Shown: piece after piece, positions 55,713 through 56,373 of the stretch
Layout: the number at the start of each line of letters is the position of its first letter
Numbering within the stretch: the stretch's first letter is position 1
IMG/VR virus record: IMGVR_UViG_3300029319_007099
Coordinates: 1 to 56,373 of that record
DNA: 56,373 nt
Direction: 5' to 3' (one strand)
Origin: a virus
Lineage: Duplodnaviria > Caudoviricetes
Made by a program: the position numbers and the translations under genes
Notes under the pieces: generated by a model
Database searches by the model: none
What the model was told of the DNA's origin: nothing
What the model saw: the letters and a program-made list of their open reading frames with translations, nothing else

Positions 55713-56276
55713 ATGATTACGAACGAACAATGGTCTCTCATCGACCAAAAGTATGGCAAGCTGCTCACCACTATCTGCAACAACATTTCTGGAGACATAG
55801 CTATCGCTAGTTTTGATGATAACTTACAAGACTTGAGGATAGCTACCATGGAGGCTGTGGCTGGGTTTGCAAAGAAAGAAGGTAAACAGTTTGAGGACTT
55901 CTGGGGAACCACAGGGTTCAATAAGTACATGAAAACTTGTCTGTGGAATCTCAAAAACAAGAAGGGAGCTAGGATCAGCAAGAGATACAACATCAACAAG
56001 AACACGGTTGATATTACTGAGTATGATGAGATCTTGATGGCTGAGAATCAAGACTCCTCCAGCGTCTCCACATTCACTAACTTCTTTGAAGGCACTCAAG
56101 ATAAACTTAGTGATGAGCAGAAAAATTTGATTAGCGCCGTGGAGAAGAACCCAAAACTCGTAAAAGGTAGTGGCACAATCAATGTGCGGCGACTCTCACA
56201 AGATTTGGGTTGTTGCTCCGCAAAAACCAAGAAAATCCTTGATTCCATTAGAAACCTTATAAACTTAGACCTATGA
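55713..56276 (+). CDS. Sigma70-like RNA polymerase sigma factor (region 2 plus C-terminal HTH)
   Basis: KYGKLL..I, DDNLQDLRIATMEAV..F, FNKYMKTCLWN and INVRRLSQDLGC. Confidence 0.65.
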   Translation: MITNEQWSLIDQKYGKLLTTICNNISGDIAIASFDDNLQDLRIATMEAVAGFAKKEGKQFEDFWGTTGFNKYMKTCLWNLKNKKGARISKRYNINKNTVDITEYDEILMAENQDSSSVSTFTNFFEGTQDKLSDEQKNLISAVEKNPKLVKGSGTINVRRLSQDLGCCSAKTKKILDSIRNLINLDL

Positions 56277-56373
56277 AAGACTTAGAAACACAACGACAAG
56301 AACTAGAGAAGAAGTACCACCGTATGTTTGAAGCGCATACTACAAAGTACAGTAAGCACATCGCAAGTGAGGG
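56273..56373 (+). CDS. Partial (3'-truncated) hypothetical protein
   Basis: ATGA overlap with the sigma-like gene; open to the window end. Confidence 0.5.
   Translation, partial: MKDLETQRQELEKKYHRMFEAHTTKYSKHIASE

Overview
A 56 kb segment of a large, AT-rich, T4-like (myovirus-type) bacteriophage genome, almost all on the + strand and read with the standard code. Order: (1) virion genes: a large acidic Pro/Gly-rich protein, a PAAR-IPT/TIG fusion, prohead core-like proteins, protease gp21, scaffold gp22, major capsid gp23, neck gp13/gp14, tail terminator gp15, sheath gp18, tube gp19 and an 853-aa orphan. (2) Replication genes: Holliday junction resolvase, a short gp55-like late sigma, a family A DNA polymerase with an N-terminal UDG-like domain split into three ORFs around an antisense lipoprotein gene, gp47/gp46, class II ribonucleotide reductase, ferredoxin, DnaB-type helicase, UvsY-like protein and gp32-like SSB. 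(3) A tightly coupled 17 kb, 21-gene glycan-biosynthesis island, including a GT29 sialyltransferase-family enzyme with all four sialylmotifs, followed by a DapA/NanA-like aldolase, KdsA and a CMP-ulosonate synthetase. (4) RecA, DUF932, a Clp-type AAA+ ATPase, four tRNAs for AU-rich codons with structured spacers, a thermonuclease, dCMP deaminase and a sigma70-like factor. The strongest candidates for new biology are the self-contained ulosonic-acid glycosylation system, the tripartite PolA, and a promoter logic of leaderless early genes plus hairpin-gated late promoters. All calls come from motif recognition by eye; no searches were run.
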